Source: an uncultured bacterium (GTDB lineage: Bacteria > Fidelibacterota > Marinisomatia > Marinisomatales > UBA1611). Taken from it: 64,000 bases of DNA. Shown here piece by piece: positions 1 through 12,434 of the stretch (its first letter is position 1; the number at the start of each line of letters is the position of its first letter). A model generated the notes under the pieces. That model was not told the DNA's origin. It searched no databases and saw nothing but the letters and a program-made list of their open reading frames with translations. The position numbers and the translations under genes were made by a program. Location: assembly GCA_943788175.1 (NCBI GenBank), contig CALSPG010000001.1, positions 256,001-320,000 on the forward strand. The letters are read 5' to 3'.

Positions 1-1403
1 TTCCATCGAGTTCTTGTCCCGTCTTCAATCTCATCAAGAGGCCTATTGGTTATTTCACGAGAACGCAGTGCAATAAGTTCTTTTTCACCTGCTAAATAAT
101 CAATAGCATTCATTAAAAAGACCATATTCTCAGGAATGGACATTCCTGCATCATCTGCTAGAAACTTTGAATCAGAAACTAGAATTAACTCCCCACCGGT
201 AGCTAGCCTAGAGGCAGCGCCAACAATTTTACTATCCTGATTTAGGTTTTGGAGAAACGGGTTATTTTTTGGATCGGGACTAAGCATAAATCTACCCGCC
301 ATGATGCCAGATTTATTAGAACTTGAAAATAGATCAGTCACTCCAATTACTTCGTCGCTTAGTAATGTATCTAGAACTATTTCACTTGGGAAAAAGACAT
401 GTATCTGTTCGAGACCACTAACCACAAGTTCCTGATCATTAAAATTCTTAATTATTGGAAGAAATGGATATTCCATTGGTACGTTCATCCGGATAAAGCC
501 CATTTGCTGTTGGACTTGTACACGCCCACAAGATTTATCTAGAACTAGATTTTTGTTAATAATTAGACCGTATGACTTTAATAAAGAGAATATATTTGAG
601 TTTATTGGATTTGCTTGCTGAACTTGCATGTCGGTTAAAACAGCGCCTTGGGCCATAAAAATGTTTTTGCCAGAATTCATAAAACTTTGAATATTAGTAA
701 TTGAATTATCGTCTAAAGTATCCGTAGCTCCACTTATTAACATCACATCAATATTATCCATTATTAAATCTTCATTTGAAAGATCTAATGATTGAACATT
801 ATGATGTTGTCGTAATTGATTAGAAAGGTTTTCAGTTTTAACCTCTTCGGTTTTCGAAAGGTTCACAATGCCCACTGTTTTTTTATTTGTATTTACTAGA
901 GTTTTAATTTTTGTTGTTATTAAATATTCTAAACCAGTAGCAGTTTGAATAACGGGTATAGTCTCTTTTTTATCCTCATAAAGCATCACCATTCCTAAAT
1001 ATACTTTCTTAATCTCTAGCTTGTCATCTTCAACAACCTGCATCTGAACAGGTTGTATACCATCCTTTTGTGCTTCTTCTTGTAGTTTTTCATTAGATTC
1101 CGGATCAGTAAAGAAAAATCGAATGTTATCAGACTTGGCTTCATACTCTTCAAGCAAATCTTGTAAATATCTTTTAGTATTAGATAGCTCGCCAGGGAGA
1201 TCGTTAGAGAAGTACACCTTCATAGTTAATAAGTCGTCAATTTTATCTACGATGTTTTCGCTCGAGCTACTCAGAGAATACATTTTGTTGTCAGTAAGAT
1301 CAAAACGTTTGTACCAGTTTCTACTAATTAAATTGAGTAATAATAATGCTCCTATTAAAATGAGAAGATATATTGTGAGAGAATTTCTATTTTTTACTAA
1401 CAT
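1..1403 (-). CDS. GldG-like ABC transporter auxiliary component (3'-truncated by window edge)
   Basis: Not in the ORF track. Read by hand from ATG at 1403 (MLVKNRNSLTIS...). Contains KRFDLTDNKMYSLSSSS, IQPVQMQVVEDDKLEIKKVYLGM and NAIDYL motifs. Lies directly downstream of GldF/GldA-like genes. Confidence 0.8.
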   Translation of the reverse strand, partial: MLVKNRNSLTIYLLILIGALLLLNLISRNWYKRFDLTDNKMYSLSSSSENIVDKIDDLLTMKVYFSNDLPGELSNTKRYLQDLLEEYEAKSDNIRFFFTDPESNEKLQEEAQKDGIQPVQMQVVEDDKLEIKKVYLGMVMLYEDKKETIPVIQTATGLEYLITTKIKTLVNTNKKTVGIVNLSKTEEVKTENLSNQLRQHHNVQSLDLSNEDLIMDNIDVMLISGATDTLDDNSITNIQSFMNSGKNIFMAQGAVLTDMQVQQANPINSNIFSLLKSYGLIINKNLVLDKSCGRVQVQQQMGFIRMNVPMEYPFLPIIKNFNDQELVVSGLEQIHVFFPSEIVLDTLLSDEVIGVTDLFSSSNKSGIMAGRFMLSPDPKNNPFLQNLNQDSKIVGAASRLATGGELILVSDSKFLADDAGMSIPENMVFLMNAIDYLAGEKELIALRSREITNRPLDEIEDGTRTRW

Positions 1404-1407
1404 GTAT

Positions 1408-2121
1408 TTAACTCCATCTCCGAGACTCAACAAGTCTCGTGGTTAGAAAAAGGAAAAAACCTATCACAGAACCGAAATAAATAAGATTTCGAGTGTCGAT
1501 AACGCCTCTAGATATGTTGGAGAGATGATATTCAACGCTTAAATATTGTATCGTACCAGCAAGTAAATCCGGCATAAAGATCAAAACTTTATCAAAAAGC
1601 CAAAAAACAAAAATAATAGCGATGCCTACAATAAAAGAAATAACTTGATTATCAGTAACCGCGCTTGAAAACATACCAACAGAAGCATACACTGAACCAA
1701 CAAGGAGTAAACCTAGGTATCCAGTAAAAACAGCACCATAGTCAATTGAGTTTCCAAAAGAAGAAAGGGTAATAAAATGTAATGATGTAGTCAAAAGTGC
1801 TATGGCAATGAGTGCAACTGCTGATAAATATTTGCCAACTACGATATCTCTGTCATCAATAGGAAGTGTAGAAATAATTTCAATTGTACCAAGTCCTTTT
1901 TCTCTAGATATGAGTCCCATTGTTATTCCCGGGATAAAAAATAGGTACACCAAGGGTACAATATTAAAAAGTGTCCTTAAATCAGACTGACCATAAAGAA
2001 AAAACGTTGTTGTAAAGAACCATCCGTTCAGTAGCGCAAAAACGACAAGAAAAACATATGCCATTGGGCTATCGAAAAACGATTTTAGCTCCCTTTTAAA
2101 AATTGTTAGAGTGTTATGCAT
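1408..2121 (-). CDS. ABC-2 permease, GldF-like
   Basis: Six-TM pattern; KRELKSFFDSPMAY N-terminus and SRGVIDTRNLIYF C-terminus typical of GldF. Confidence 0.85.
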   Translation of the reverse strand: MHNTLTIFKRELKSFFDSPMAYVFLVVFALLNGWFFTTTFFLYGQSDLRTLFNIVPLVYLFFIPGITMGLISREKGLGTIEIISTLPIDDRDIVVGKYLSAVALIAIALLTTSLHFITLSSFGNSIDYGAVFTGYLGLLLVGSVYASVGMFSSAVTDNQVISFIVGIAIIFVFWLFDKVLIFMPDLLAGTIQYLSVEYHLSNISRGVIDTRNLIYFGSVIGFFLFLTTRLVESRRWS

Positions 2122-3065
2122 TATGAAGGCTTACCATTGCTTGTTAAGTTTCGAAAAATATCCTCAAGGTTTTGTTTTGTGGCTACCATTTCTAAAATAA
2201 CCCATTTTTTAGAAACGGCATAATTGAATATATCAGCACGAGGATCTTTGTTATTTGAATATTCAATATTAATGTTAGTGTAAGAATCGTTTTTAGTAAT
2301 GCTATCTATATCAATAGATGGAATAGTCGCTTTCATATCTTTAATATCATTTTCATTAGCATTACTAACATCAATACTTAACTCAACTTTACCGCCAGCT
2401 GAATCTTTGAGAAGCGATTCACTAGAACCATCAGCTACAATAGAACCTTCATTGATAATTATGATTCTATCAACGGTAGCTTGTATCTCTTGTAAAATAT
2501 GAGAAGACATTAAAACAATTTTTTCTTTTCCAAGTTTTTTTATTAATTGTCTTATTTCAACAATCTGGTTTGGATCTAATCCAGTTACCGGCTCATCAAG
2601 AATTAGTATTTTTGGGTCGTGAATCATCGCAGCTGCTAAGCCAATTCTTTGTTTATAACCTTTAGAACAGTTGCCAATAGTTCGATGAGCAACAGCATTT
2701 AAAGAACATTCTTCAACAACTTTTTGAAATGCATTTTTAAAGTCGTTACTGGGAATACCTCTTATATCTGAAATAAATTTAAGATAATCATGAACTCTCA
2801 TTTCACTGTACAGGGGATTGAGCTCAGGTAAATAACCTATATCTTTTTGTATATCCGATGTGTCATCTTGTATGTTTCTATTTCCATAATAAACGTTGCC
2901 TGATGAGGGGGAGATGTAACCAGTCATTATTTTTAACGTTGTGCTTTTTCCGGCACCATTAGCACCAAGGAAACCAACTACTTGACCGTCCTGCAATTCA
3001 AAAGATATAGACTTTACTGCTTTTACGTCATCATAGTTTTTAGATAAGTTGTCTACTTTAATCAA
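2121..3065 (-). CDS. ABC transporter ATP-binding protein, GldA-like
   Basis: Walker A GANGAGKST, signature SKGYKQR, Walker B ILILDEP. Confidence 0.9.
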   Translation of the reverse strand: MIKVDNLSKNYDDVKAVKSISFELQDGQVVGFLGANGAGKSTTLKIMTGYISPSSGNVYYGNRNIQDDTSDIQKDIGYLPELNPLYSEMRVHDYLKFISDIRGIPSNDFKNAFQKVVEECSLNAVAHRTIGNCSKGYKQRIGLAAAMIHDPKILILDEPVTGLDPNQIVEIRQLIKKLGKEKIVLMSSHILQEIQATVDRIIIINEGSIVADGSSESLLKDSAGGKVELSIDVSNANENDIKDMKATIPSIDIDSITKNDSYTNINIEYSNNKDPRADIFNYAVSKKWVILEMVATKQNLEDIFRNLTSNGKPS

Positions 3066-3256
3066 AATATGTTCTCTGCTTTTTTATATCGTTAATGTTT
3101 AAATAATTAAAAAGTTCCAAAAATTTTAGACGAAATATTAATACTAAATATTTTTATGGTAAAATAATATTTTGGTTTGCGCACAAATTATATAAATATT
3201 TTTTAGTCTATATAGTCATATATACAATAGAATGTTTTTTTAAGCTTTAATAAAAC

Positions 3257-3286
3257 TTGACAATAGTATTTATTTGAAAATAACTT
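3257..3286 (+). promoter_or_regulatory. Putative sigma70 promoter for the Lys-rich gene
   Basis: TTGACA (3257-3262), 18-bp spacer, TAACTT; RBS AAAGGAG just before ATG 3353. Confidence 0.45.
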
Positions 3287-3352
3287 ATGATAACTGATAA
3301 ATGTATATCAGTGTTGTCGACAAACAATAACAGTTAACTAAAGGAGAATAGA

Positions 3353-3628
3353 ATGAAACGTTTCTATAGATTATTTATCTCTCTTCTCGTCATCGTTGGT
3401 ATCGTTGCAGTAGCTCCAGCTACTACAGTTGAAACCAAAACAGAGCAATGCGCAGTCAGCGCAGGTTCTTGTGGTGGTGGAGATTTCGTTTATGCAGATG
3501 CTGCAGATGATATCAAGAAGAAAAAGAAGAAGAAGAATAAGAAGAAAAAAGGAAAAGAAGGAAAAGGCAAAAAAGGTGGATCTTGGGGTAAGTGGAAGTC
3601 CAAGTGGAAGAAGAAAAGCTCTAACTAA
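3353..3628 (+). CDS. Small exported lysine-rich protein
   Basis: Strong RBS, signal-peptide-like N-terminus, two Cys, K/G/W-rich C-terminal tail, own terminator. Confidence 0.8.
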   Translation: MKRFYRLFISLLVIVGIVAVAPATTVETKTEQCAVSAGSCGGGDFVYADAADDIKKKKKKKNKKKKGKEGKGKKGGSWGKWKSKWKKKSSN

Positions 3629-3646
3629 TTTTCTTTTCTAATTAAC

Positions 3647-3680
3647 AATAAAAAAGGCGCTTATTTGCGCCTTTTTTATT
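3647..3680 (+). terminator. Intrinsic terminator (possibly bidirectional)
   Basis: AATAAAAAAGGCGC-ttattt-GCGCCTTTTTTATT perfect inverted repeat. Confidence 0.85.
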
Positions 3681-3758
3681 TTAGGAAGTTGCCTAAAAAT
3701 TTTGCTACTTTCTCTTTACTTGTACGATCATTCTTAAAAACTTTTAGTAGGATAAAAA

Positions 3759-4580
3759 ATGATAATATATAAAATATTAGTTTGTTTGTTTTTAGCTGTA
3801 CCTGTATTCAACTTAACCTATGCGCAAGATGATGTTGAAGAAAATAGCTTTGAGTCTTCGCATGACTTATATATTGCTTTCGATCAGACCAGTGGGAATA
3901 CAAATAATTTAGTTTCTGGTGCTGAGTACAGTTTTTCTTTATTAGGAGATCTCTTATCTTTTACTGATACAGAATTTTCTTTTTCTCTTAATGGTAATTA
4001 TGCCACCCTTGAAGAGGAACCTTATGCTCTCGATGGCAATATTCACACACAACTTGATCTTTGGGCAAATCAAAAATATTCTCCTTTTTTGTTTTTTGAC
4101 TACAGCTTTGATCGCTCGTTAGGTTTAATCAATAGAACAGACGTAGCACTTGGCGCTAAAGTTAGGCTAGGTAAAATCTTTTCTCTTAGCTATGCCTTTA
4201 TGTTTGAAGAAGAAGAATATGATTCAGTAGAAACTTTTTCCAGACATTCGTTTCGTCCAAAAATAAAATTAGTTTTATCTGAAGGCGCTCTTTTTATGGA
4301 CTACCGAGCCTTTTATAAGCCACGAGTTGAAGATTTTAATGATTATCTTCTAGAAAATACTTTAGTTCTATCTATTGCAACATTTTATGAAGCATTATCT
4401 GTAGATATTACATTGCAACATAGTTATAATAGTAAATATGAGGGAGACAATAAAGTTCTCAAACCTTTAGAAGAATGGGAAAGTGAATACGATTCCGACT
4501 ATGGAGATTTTGTATCTAAAGAGACTTTCTATAAAGATACAGATTTGTCCGCTTCCATCGGCTTTAGTTTATCTTTCTAA
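3759..4580 (+). CDS. Outer-membrane beta-barrel protein, DUF481-like
   Basis: Signal peptide, TSGNTN motif, alternating beta-strand pattern, C-terminal Phe. Confidence 0.6.
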   Translation: MIIYKILVCLFLAVPVFNLTYAQDDVEENSFESSHDLYIAFDQTSGNTNNLVSGAEYSFSLLGDLLSFTDTEFSFSLNGNYATLEEEPYALDGNIHTQLDLWANQKYSPFLFFDYSFDRSLGLINRTDVALGAKVRLGKIFSLSYAFMFEEEEYDSVETFSRHSFRPKIKLVLSEGALFMDYRAFYKPRVEDFNDYLLENTLVLSIATFYEALSVDITLQHSYNSKYEGDNKVLKPLEEWESEYDSDYGDFVSKETFYKDTDLSASIGFSLSF

Positions 4581-4606
4581 ACCTTTTTTAATTAATTCTT
4601 AAAAAC

Positions 4607-4634
4607 GGGCGCAATTACACTTGCGCCTTTTATT
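4607..4634 (+). terminator. Intrinsic terminator immediately upstream of leuS
   Basis: GGCGCAA-ttacac-TTGCGCC followed by TTTTATTT. Confidence 0.6.
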
Positions 4635-4640
4635 TATACT

Positions 4641-7058
4641 ATGGACTATAATCACCTAAAAATCGAAAAAAAGTGGCAAAAGTTTTGGGAGGATAACAAT
4701 ACTTTTAAAACTGAAGATTCGAAAGAAAAAGAAAAATGCTATATTCTTGACATGTTTCCTTATCCTTCTGGTTCAGGTCTACATGTGGGGCATCCTCTTG
4801 GCTATACTGCCACAGACATATATTCTCGCTTTAAAAGACTAAATAATTTTAATGTGTTACATCCTATCGGTTGGGATGCTTTTGGTCTACCTGCTGAGCA
4901 ATATGCACTAAAAACTGGCACCCACCCAAGCATTACTACTGAAAAAAATATAAATCGTTATAGGAAACAGTTGAAAATGCTTGGCTTTTCATATGATTGG
5001 GATAGGGAGGTAAATACAACTGATGCCAACTATTATAAATGGACGCAATGGATTTTCTTGCAACTATATAAAAAAGGACTCGCCTATGAAGCTGAGGTAC
5101 CAGTTAATTGGTGTCCTGAATTAAAAGCAGTTTTATCAAATGAAGAAGTCGTCGATGGGAAATCAGACATAGGAGGACATCCAGTTGAACGCTTGCCAAT
5201 GAGACAATGGATGTTTAGAATTACTGATTATGCAGAATCTTTATTGGAAGGACTAGAAGATTTAGATTGGCCAGAAAGCGTAAAGGAGTTACAACGTAAT
5301 TGGATTGGAAAATCAAATGGTTGTGAAGTTGATTTTAAAGTAAAATCTTTAAATCAAAGTATTACTGTATATACAACAAGACCAGATACGCTTTTTGGTG
5401 CTACTTATATGGTCCTTTCTCCAGAGCATCCACTAGTAGATAAACTCGTATCTAATGATCAAGTAGTACAAGTAAAAGATTATAAGAAACTTGCCTCAAT
5501 GAAGTCGGATTTTGATAGAGGGGAAATCAATAAAAACAAATCTGGTGTGTTTTTAGGATCATATGCTATAAATCCAGTAAATGATGAAAAGATACCAATC
5601 TGGATTGCTGATTATGTCTTGATGAGTTACGGCACAGGATCAATCATGGCCGTACCGGCACACGATGAAAGAGACTATGAATTTGCAAAGAAATTTAAAC
5701 TACCTATTAAAGAAGTTGTTTCTGGTGGATACATAGAAAAAGAAGCTCATAAAGACACTGATCATGGAGTTATGGTTAATTCGTCAAACAATCGAGATCT
5801 TGATTTAAATGGCTCTAGTATCAAATCAGCGATTGAGCAGGTAATTATTTGGCTTGAAAAAAAGCAATTAGGTAAAAGAAAAACTCAATATAAGCTTAGA
5901 GATTGGCTTTTTTCTAGGCAGAGATACTGGGGTGAACCAATTCCAATAATTCATCACAAAGATGGTAGTGTAGTACCTCTTGATAATTCAGATTTACCTT
6001 TAACACTTCCTCAAGTAGAAAAATATGAGCCTACTGGTACAGGGGAGTCTCCTTTAGCTGGTATATCTGATTGGGTTAATACGGAGGATGGAAGAAGAGA
6101 AACAAACACAATGCCTCAGTGGGCGGGATCGTGCTGGTACTATTTACGTTATATTAGTCCGAATGACAATAGTGTTGCATGGAATAAGGATGATGAGAAA
6201 TACTGGATGCCTGTTGATCTCTATGTTGGAGGCGTAGAGCATGCAGTTTTACATCTTCTATATTCAAGATTCTGGCACCACGTGCTTCACGACTTAGGTT
6301 TAGTATCAACCAGAGAGCCATTCAAAAAGCTTTATAATCAGGGTATGATTGGCGGGGAAGATGGTCAAAAAATGAGTAAATCCAGAGGGAATGTTGTAAA
6401 TCCTGATGATGTTGTTGAAAAGTTTGGAGCAGATAGCTTTAGAGTTTATGAGATGTTTATGGGACCATTAGATAAGTCAAAACCATGGAATACTAAAGGT
6501 TTGCAAGGTTCGTACAGATTCATACAAAAAGTTTGGAAAGCTTGTATTGAAAATAAAGATAAGATAAATAATCGAAATGAATCTTCTGACCAAACGATAA
6601 GAATTCTCCATCAAACTATAAAGAAAGTCACTAAAGATTTAGAAAACTTGAGTTTTAATACTGCTGTATCACAAATGATGATTTTCATTAACCATATTTT
6701 AACGCTTAAAAGTTATGACGAGGATGTAATTAGGTCTTTCCTGATCATCCTAAATCCATTTGCTCCACATATTTCAGAAGAAATAAATGAATTATTATCA
6801 TTAAGTAATGGCGAACCAATTTCTAGTCAACATTGGCCTAAGTATGTTGAAAGTTTAATTGCTACAGCAAACATGACAATTGCAGTGCAATTTAATGGAA
6901 AAACTAGAGGAACTATTGATGTGAGCACTGATTCTAGTAAAGATGAAATTATACAAAATATTACTAAAAACGATAATTTTAAGAAGTATTTTGTAGATGT
7001 CGAAATAGTAAAAGAGGTCTACGTTCCAAAACGTTTAGTGAACTTAGTATTCAAATAA
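4641..7058 (+). CDS. leuS: Leucine--tRNA ligase
   Basis: MFPYPSG..LHVGH (HIGH) and KMSKS motifs; TTRPDTLFG editing domain. Confidence 0.98.
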   Translation: MDYNHLKIEKKWQKFWEDNNTFKTEDSKEKEKCYILDMFPYPSGSGLHVGHPLGYTATDIYSRFKRLNNFNVLHPIGWDAFGLPAEQYALKTGTHPSITTEKNINRYRKQLKMLGFSYDWDREVNTTDANYYKWTQWIFLQLYKKGLAYEAEVPVNWCPELKAVLSNEEVVDGKSDIGGHPVERLPMRQWMFRITDYAESLLEGLEDLDWPESVKELQRNWIGKSNGCEVDFKVKSLNQSITVYTTRPDTLFGATYMVLSPEHPLVDKLVSNDQVVQVKDYKKLASMKSDFDRGEINKNKSGVFLGSYAINPVNDEKIPIWIADYVLMSYGTGSIMAVPAHDERDYEFAKKFKLPIKEVVSGGYIEKEAHKDTDHGVMVNSSNNRDLDLNGSSIKSAIEQVIIWLEKKQLGKRKTQYKLRDWLFSRQRYWGEPIPIIHHKDGSVVPLDNSDLPLTLPQVEKYEPTGTGESPLAGISDWVNTEDGRRETNTMPQWAGSCWYYLRYISPNDNSVAWNKDDEKYWMPVDLYVGGVEHAVLHLLYSRFWHHVLHDLGLVSTREPFKKLYNQGMIGGEDGQKMSKSRGNVVNPDDVVEKFGADSFRVYEMFMGPLDKSKPWNTKGLQGSYRFIQKVWKACIENKDKINNRNESSDQTIRILHQTIKKVTKDLENLSFNTAVSQMMIFINHILTLKSYDEDVIRSFLIILNPFAPHISEEINELLSLSNGEPISSQHWPKYVESLIATANMTIAVQFNGKTRGTIDVSTDSSKDEIIQNITKNDNFKKYFVDVEIVKEVYVPKRLVNLVFK

Positions 7059-7092
7059 CAACTGTCAATCATTTTAAATTGAGGATTCGAAC

Positions 7093-10000
7093 ATGAGGTT
7101 TTTTATAAAAAATATTTGTATCTTTTTTTTATTAACTGTTTTCCTATTTGCTGATGATAATATTAACAACCAGATAGAAAACGATCATAGGATTAGGAAT
7201 TTTGCTTTTATAGGACCTTTTTCAAAAGATTTTAACTCTGATTCACTAGCTAAGTCCTTTAGCTTCAAAAATATTGAAATTGAAAAAGATTTAGTAATTA
7301 ATGGATCTAAATTTAGGTTTCTTAAACCACCTGCTTCTAATGGTTCCATAGGCTTTCATAATATTTGGCATTATTATCCAGAAATTCAGACCGAAGAAGT
7401 TGTTTTAGCTATATCTATAGTTAATTCAAAAACTAATCAGTCTATAACTGCTTCTATTTTTAACGAATGGTATTGCAAAGCTACTATATATATAAATGGT
7501 AAAATTATTTATGACCCGAATAGCAACGTAAAATCAGAATTTTCAAGAGGTTTATTAAAGGCTGGTGATAATTTAGTGATTGTGAAAATTGACGCAATCA
7601 GAGAACCTGGCTTTAATTTAGTTCTTTATCCTGAAACTAGAGCAGAGGTTTCAGGAAAAGTACTCGATTCTTTTGGGAAACCTGTACCGTATGCTTCTGT
7701 AAGATTATATGAATTAAATGAAAAAAGATGGGTTTCTGGCGATGCAAATTCAAAAGGTGAATATACATTAAATATATTTCCAGCTAATAATGAAGGTGAG
7801 TATAATTTATTCTCAAGCGCTGGAGATGATAAAAAATATTTTAAATTATTAAATAACATCAGACCAGGTGATAGAAAGACTTTAAATATTAAAGTTGGCC
7901 CAAGGCCAAAAATAAAAGGTAAAATTTTAAATCTTGATGATAATGGTAGGCAAAGTGGAGTGGTCGTACAAGCTGTTGGCTTAAATAGTAGTGGTAAAGA
8001 GGATAAAAGGCAAATATTTACTAGCCAAAGTGATGTAGAAGGTGAATTCAATTTCAATAATTTACCAAATTCTCATAATTTTTTAATTAGAGTTCACGGT
8101 GAGAAAGACTTTATTTATTATCTGGACAAAAATGGTAACAACAAAGTTTTTAACTTAAATAAACCAAATGACAGTTTTGAAAGCTTAAAGTTTAATGTTT
8201 CTCGTACTTCACGAGGTACTTGGAGTCAAATTACTTATACAGATGGCTTAACAAGTAACTACTCTATGTCGAGCGTAATTGATGAAGAAAATAAGTTTTG
8301 GTTTGGTACTTATACAGGAATTTCTATTTATGATGGTCAAGAAATAAAAAATATTACTCAATATGATGGCTTACCTCAGAGCCCGGTTCTTAGTCTCTAC
8401 AAAGATAATAATAATAAAATATGGGCTGCTGCTGCAGATCCTTTCTGGAAAAATGAAGGTGGCTTAGTAAAGTTTGAAAATGAAAAAATACAAAAAGTAT
8501 TTTCTGATGATGATGGATTTCCTTACAAAAATATTAGAGCAATTTCTCAAGATATAAATAATAATATGTTAATAGGGGGTAATGGAGGTCTTTCTATTTA
8601 TGATGGAAATAGTTTTACAAACTATTCTGCTTTAGATGGTATTCCTTTTGGCTACATTACTGATATTATGGTAGAGGGAATAAATATTTGGCTTGGTTCT
8701 TTAGATGGGTTAGTGCTTTACAATGGTAAAAAGTTCAGAGTCTATAACAAGGATGATGGATTAATTAATCAATGGGTCAGATGTATTAAAAAAGGTCCAA
8801 AGGGAAATATATGGATTGGAACTCGAGGTGGTATATCTATTTTTGACGGAACTAAATTTAAAAATATTAATCGTTTGCAGGGTCTTCCAAATAGAGAGAT
8901 TAATGATATTTACTTTGATGATTCAGGGGAAGCTATTATAACGACTCAAAGAGGTGTCTACAGGTATAATAGTACTACATTTGTGCGACTTAACCCTAAA
9001 ATGGCAGGGCATGATTTTGGCCTTCGAAATGTTCATCAAATTAATCGATCAAGCGATGGCATTTATTGGTTTAATGATTGGAGTGGCTCAGGTATTGTAA
9101 AATATGATCCAAGGTCAATTATTAATACTACATTCACTGATAGTTTCCCCAAAACTAGTATTAATGATATTGAAGTAGATAAAAATAGAAATTTATGGTT
9201 TGGAACAGCAAATCATGGATTGATTAAAGTCTCAGAAAATAAAATTGTTAAAAAATTAAATAGAGAAAATGGTTTGAGGTCGAATGAAGTTTTAGCTATT
9301 GATTTTGATATATATGGTAATGTTTGGATAGCTACAGAAAATGCTTTGTCTAAATATGATGGTAGAGAAATAAAGAATTATACTGTTGAAGATGGTCTTC
9401 CATCAAGCAATATTAGAGATTTAGTTGCGGATAAAAGAGGTTTTATATGGTTAGCAACCCAAAAAGGCGTAACGAGATTTGATGGATTAGAAGCAAAAAA
9501 TTTCGATGAAAAAAATGGCCTTACTGCTCAGGTATCAACTGGCCTACATATTGCCAAGGGTGGTCCAAATGATATTATTGTTTTTAGTATATACAATTAT
9601 GGATTCTCTATACTTAAAGATGGCAAATTTACTAATTACGGTGTAAGTGAGGGGCTCCCTGACCCAAGGATATCAGGTGTAGACATAGATAGCGAAGGTA
9701 ATATTTGGTTAGGTTCTGATGGCTCCGGTGTAATAAAATTTGATGGAAATAATTTTAAACAGTATAAAAGAGAAGATGGTGTAGCTAATCCTGAAATTTG
9801 GACTCTTCATGTAGATGATTATGATAGAGTTTGGATAGGTACTTATGGAGGCGGTGTTGGATTTTACGATGGTGAAACATGGACTACACTTGATAAAAGA
9901 GATGGTATTGTTGATAATGATATTTCAGCGTTAACTAGCTTTGGCGGGAATGTATTTTGGTTTGGAAGTGGAAAGGGCGCAGGGTTTAGTGAATACAGGC

Positions 10001-12039
10001 CTTCAAAATCTCCTGGTTTTTCCATAGTTAAAGAGGTGGTTACTTCCAATAAAAGATATGATTTAAAGAACAGAGCCATATTGCCAAGTTCAATTACTAA
10101 TAATAGATTAAGTTTCATTGTAAATGCTGCAAATTATAATACTCACAAGGACAAACAAAAGTTTAGATATAGAATAAAAGAAGTTTCCGAAAGTTGGAGC
10201 GAACCATCAAATAAATCTATTTTTGAATGGGTTCCGAAAAATGCCGGTTTATACACATTTGAAGTCCAATCAATTGATCGAGACTTAAATTATTCAAAAC
10301 CCGCTAGTATTTCATTTAATATTGATTATCCTTGGTATCGGGAGCCAAAAACTGCTTTCCCATTTTGGGGAATTATTATATTCATATTGTCTTTATCTGG
10401 TGTATCTACAAAAAATTATATAAAACAAAGAAGAGTAGCTTCAGTACTGAGGAGGGAGGCAGCAGAAAAAGATAGAATTGCTAGAGAACGATTAGAAGAA
10501 AAAAATACTGAGTTACAAGATTCTCAAAAAGAAGCAGAGGCAGCAAATGAGGCAAAGAGCACTTTTTTAGCAAACATGAGTCATGAATTAAGAACACCGT
10601 TAAATGCTATTATAGGTTATAGTGAAATGCTTATGGAAGATGCAGAAGATGAGAATGAGGATTTCATTCCAGATCTTGATAAGATAAATGGTTCTGGCAA
10701 ACATCTACTTGGATTAATTAATGATATCTTGGATTTATCTAAGGTTGAGTCTGGTAAAATGGAATTATATATTGAAGAATTCGATTTAAAGAAAATTGTT
10801 AGTGAGGTAGAGGCAACAATTAAGCCTCTCATTGACAAAAATAACAATAAACTTGTGATAAAGTACAATGCAGTTGAAGATAAAATGTCTGCTGACTTAA
10901 CTAAAATTAGACAAATACTACTTAATCTTTTGAGCAATTCAGCAAAATTTACAAAAGAAGGTACGGTTACAATATCTGTTGATAAATCTAAATCGATTAA
11001 AAATGCTATCGATTTTAATATATCAGATACTGGCATAGGGATGACTCCTGACCAGGTTGATAAGGTATTTAAACCATTTACTCAAGCAGATGAAAAAACT
11101 ACAAGAAAGTTTGGTGGAACAGGACTAGGGTTAACAATAACAAAAATGTTTGCAGAAATGATGGGAGGCGATATAAACCTCAAGTCCAAAGAAGGTGAAG
11201 GGACAACTTTCACTGCAACCATTCCACTAAAAGTTAAAGATTTAAAGGTATCGCAACCTGTTAATAATGGTGGAATAATTAAAGAAGATGATTCTGATTA
11301 TAAAGTTTTAGTCATTGATGATGATGATAATGCACAAGATATGATGAAGAAATTTTTAGAGAAGCAGAATGTTAGTATAATACAAGCTAAATCTGGTGAA
11401 GAAGGCTTAAAACTCGCAGCTGAACATTTACCTGATGCTATTACTTTGGATGTGATGATGCCTGAAATGGATGGTTGGGAAGTGCTCACAGCCTTACAAG
11501 CAAACGATGTTACTAAGAATATTCCAGTCATTATGCTTACTATGGCTGATGAACCTGATATTGGTTATTCATTAGGCGCAACTGACTATTTAACTAAACC
11601 TGTTAATTGGAATCAGTTATCAAATATTCTAAGTAATCACAAGATTGAATCGGCCTCGCAGACGATACTTATAGTTGAAGATGATGATACTACAAGGGAA
11701 ATGTTAAAAAAGAGCCTTACGGGCCATGATTTCAAGGTTAGAATAGCAACCAATGGTAAAGAGGGGCTTGAAAAAGTAAAAGATTCAAAACCTGGCTTAG
11801 TTCTTCTTGATTTAATGATGCCAGAAATGGATGGGTTTGAGTTTGCTGAGAAACTAAGAGAAAATAAAGATTGGTTGGATATTCCAGTTGTGGTTATAAC
11901 CGCAAAAGACCTTACTAGTGCAGATCACAAAAGACTAAAAGGGAATGTTGAAGCGATAATGCAAAAAGGTTCTTACAGCAAAAAAGAACTAATGTCTGAA
12001 GTTGGAAATAGAATTAAACTGTTAAAAAAACGGAGTTAG
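7093..12039 (+). CDS. Hybrid sensor histidine kinase (beta-propeller sensor, Y_Y_Y, TM, HisKA, HATPase, 2x REC)
   Basis: Many DGL...D..G.IW.GT propeller repeats; [37 protein letters not shown]; two LD.MMP receiver domains. Confidence 0.93.
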   Translation: MRFFIKNICIFFLLTVFLFADDNINNQIENDHRIRNFAFIGPFSKDFNSDSLAKSFSFKNIEIEKDLVINGSKFRFLKPPASNGSIGFHNIWHYYPEIQTEEVVLAISIVNSKTNQSITASIFNEWYCKATIYINGKIIYDPNSNVKSEFSRGLLKAGDNLVIVKIDAIREPGFNLVLYPETRAEVSGKVLDSFGKPVPYASVRLYELNEKRWVSGDANSKGEYTLNIFPANNEGEYNLFSSAGDDKKYFKLLNNIRPGDRKTLNIKVGPRPKIKGKILNLDDNGRQSGVVVQAVGLNSSGKEDKRQIFTSQSDVEGEFNFNNLPNSHNFLIRVHGEKDFIYYLDKNGNNKVFNLNKPNDSFESLKFNVSRTSRGTWSQITYTDGLTSNYSMSSVIDEENKFWFGTYTGISIYDGQEIKNITQYDGLPQSPVLSLYKDNNNKIWAAAADPFWKNEGGLVKFENEKIQKVFSDDDGFPYKNIRAISQDINNNMLIGGNGGLSIYDGNSFTNYSALDGIPFGYITDIMVEGINIWLGSLDGLVLYNGKKFRVYNKDDGLINQWVRCIKKGPKGNIWIGTRGGISIFDGTKFKNINRLQGLPNREINDIYFDDSGEAIITTQRGVYRYNSTTFVRLNPKMAGHDFGLRNVHQINRSSDGIYWFNDWSGSGIVKYDPRSIINTTFTDSFPKTSINDIEVDKNRNLWFGTANHGLIKVSENKIVKKLNRENGLRSNEVLAIDFDIYGNVWIATENALSKYDGREIKNYTVEDGLPSSNIRDLVADKRGFIWLATQKGVTRFDGLEAKNFDEKNGLTAQVSTGLHIAKGGPNDIIVFSIYNYGFSILKDGKFTNYGVSEGLPDPRISGVDIDSEGNIWLGSDGSGVIKFDGNNFKQYKREDGVANPEIWTLHVDDYDRVWIGTYGGGVGFYDGETWTTLDKRDGIVDNDISALTSFGGNVFWFGSGKGAGFSEYRPSKSPGFSIVKEVVTSNKRYDLKNRAILPSSITNNRLSFIVNAANYNTHKDKQKFRYRIKEVSESWSEPSNKSIFEWVPKNAGLYTFEVQSIDRDLNYSKPASISFNIDYPWYREPKTAFPFWGIIIFILSLSGVSTKNYIKQRRVASVLRREAAEKDRIARERLEEKNTELQDSQKEAEAANEAKSTFLANMSHELRTPLNAIIGYSEMLMEDAEDENEDFIPDLDKINGSGKHLLGLINDILDLSKVESGKMELYIEEFDLKKIVSEVEATIKPLIDKNNNKLVIKYNAVEDKMSADLTKIRQILLNLLSNSAKFTKEGTVTISVDKSKSIKNAIDFNISDTGIGMTPDQVDKVFKPFTQADEKTTRKFGGTGLGLTITKMFAEMMGGDINLKSKEGEGTTFTATIPLKVKDLKVSQPVNNGGIIKEDDSDYKVLVIDDDDNAQDMMKKFLEKQNVSIIQAKSGEEGLKLAAEHLPDAITLDVMMPEMDGWEVLTALQANDVTKNIPVIMLTMADEPDIGYSLGATDYLTKPVNWNQLSNILSNHKIESASQTILIVEDDDTTREMLKKSLTGHDFKVRIATNGKEGLEKVKDSKPGLVLLDLMMPEMDGFEFAEKLRENKDWLDIPVVVITAKDLTSADHKRLKGNVEAIMQKGSYSKKELMSEVGNRIKLLKKRS

Positions 12040-12043
12040 GCTT

Positions 12044-12403
12044 ATGTCAAAAATATTAATTGTTGAAGATAACGAGATGAATAGAGATATGCTATCTAGG
12101 CGTTTAGAGAGGAAAGGTTTTGAGGTAGTAATGGCAGAAGATGGTAAAAAAGGTGTAGATATGTCAAAAAGTGAAACCCCTGATCTGATATTAATGGATT
12201 TGAGTTTGCCAATAATGGATGGATGGGAAGCAACTTCAACAATTAAGTCAGAAGAAAGTACTAGAGACATCCCAATAATAGTCCTTACTGCTCATGCTAT
12301 GTCCGGTGATAGAGAAAAAGCGCTCGAAGCTGGGGCTGATGAGTACGATACTAAACCTATTGATTTCAAAAGGCTTTTAGGGAAAATTAAAGATTTTATT
12401 TAA
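12044..12403 (+). CDS. Single-domain response regulator (DivK-like)
   Basis: ILIVEDN, LILMDLSLP, LTAHAM, TKP. Confidence 0.92.
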   Translation: MSKILIVEDNEMNRDMLSRRLERKGFEVVMAEDGKKGVDMSKSETPDLILMDLSLPIMDGWEATSTIKSEESTRDIPIIVLTAHAMSGDREKALEAGADEYDTKPIDFKRLLGKIKDFI

Positions 12404-12434
12404 AAATATCATTTTTTAGAGTCCCTCTTTTATA

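Noticed and set aside
1123-1446. Plus-strand 107-aa ORF and similar short antisense ORFs across the window (e.g. 7626, 10617, 15365, 26445, 44762)
   Set aside because: Antisense to well-supported genes; no motifs.
3429-3641. Arg-rich alternative-frame ORF
   Set aside because: Shadow frame of the Lys-rich gene, which has the RBS and signal peptide.
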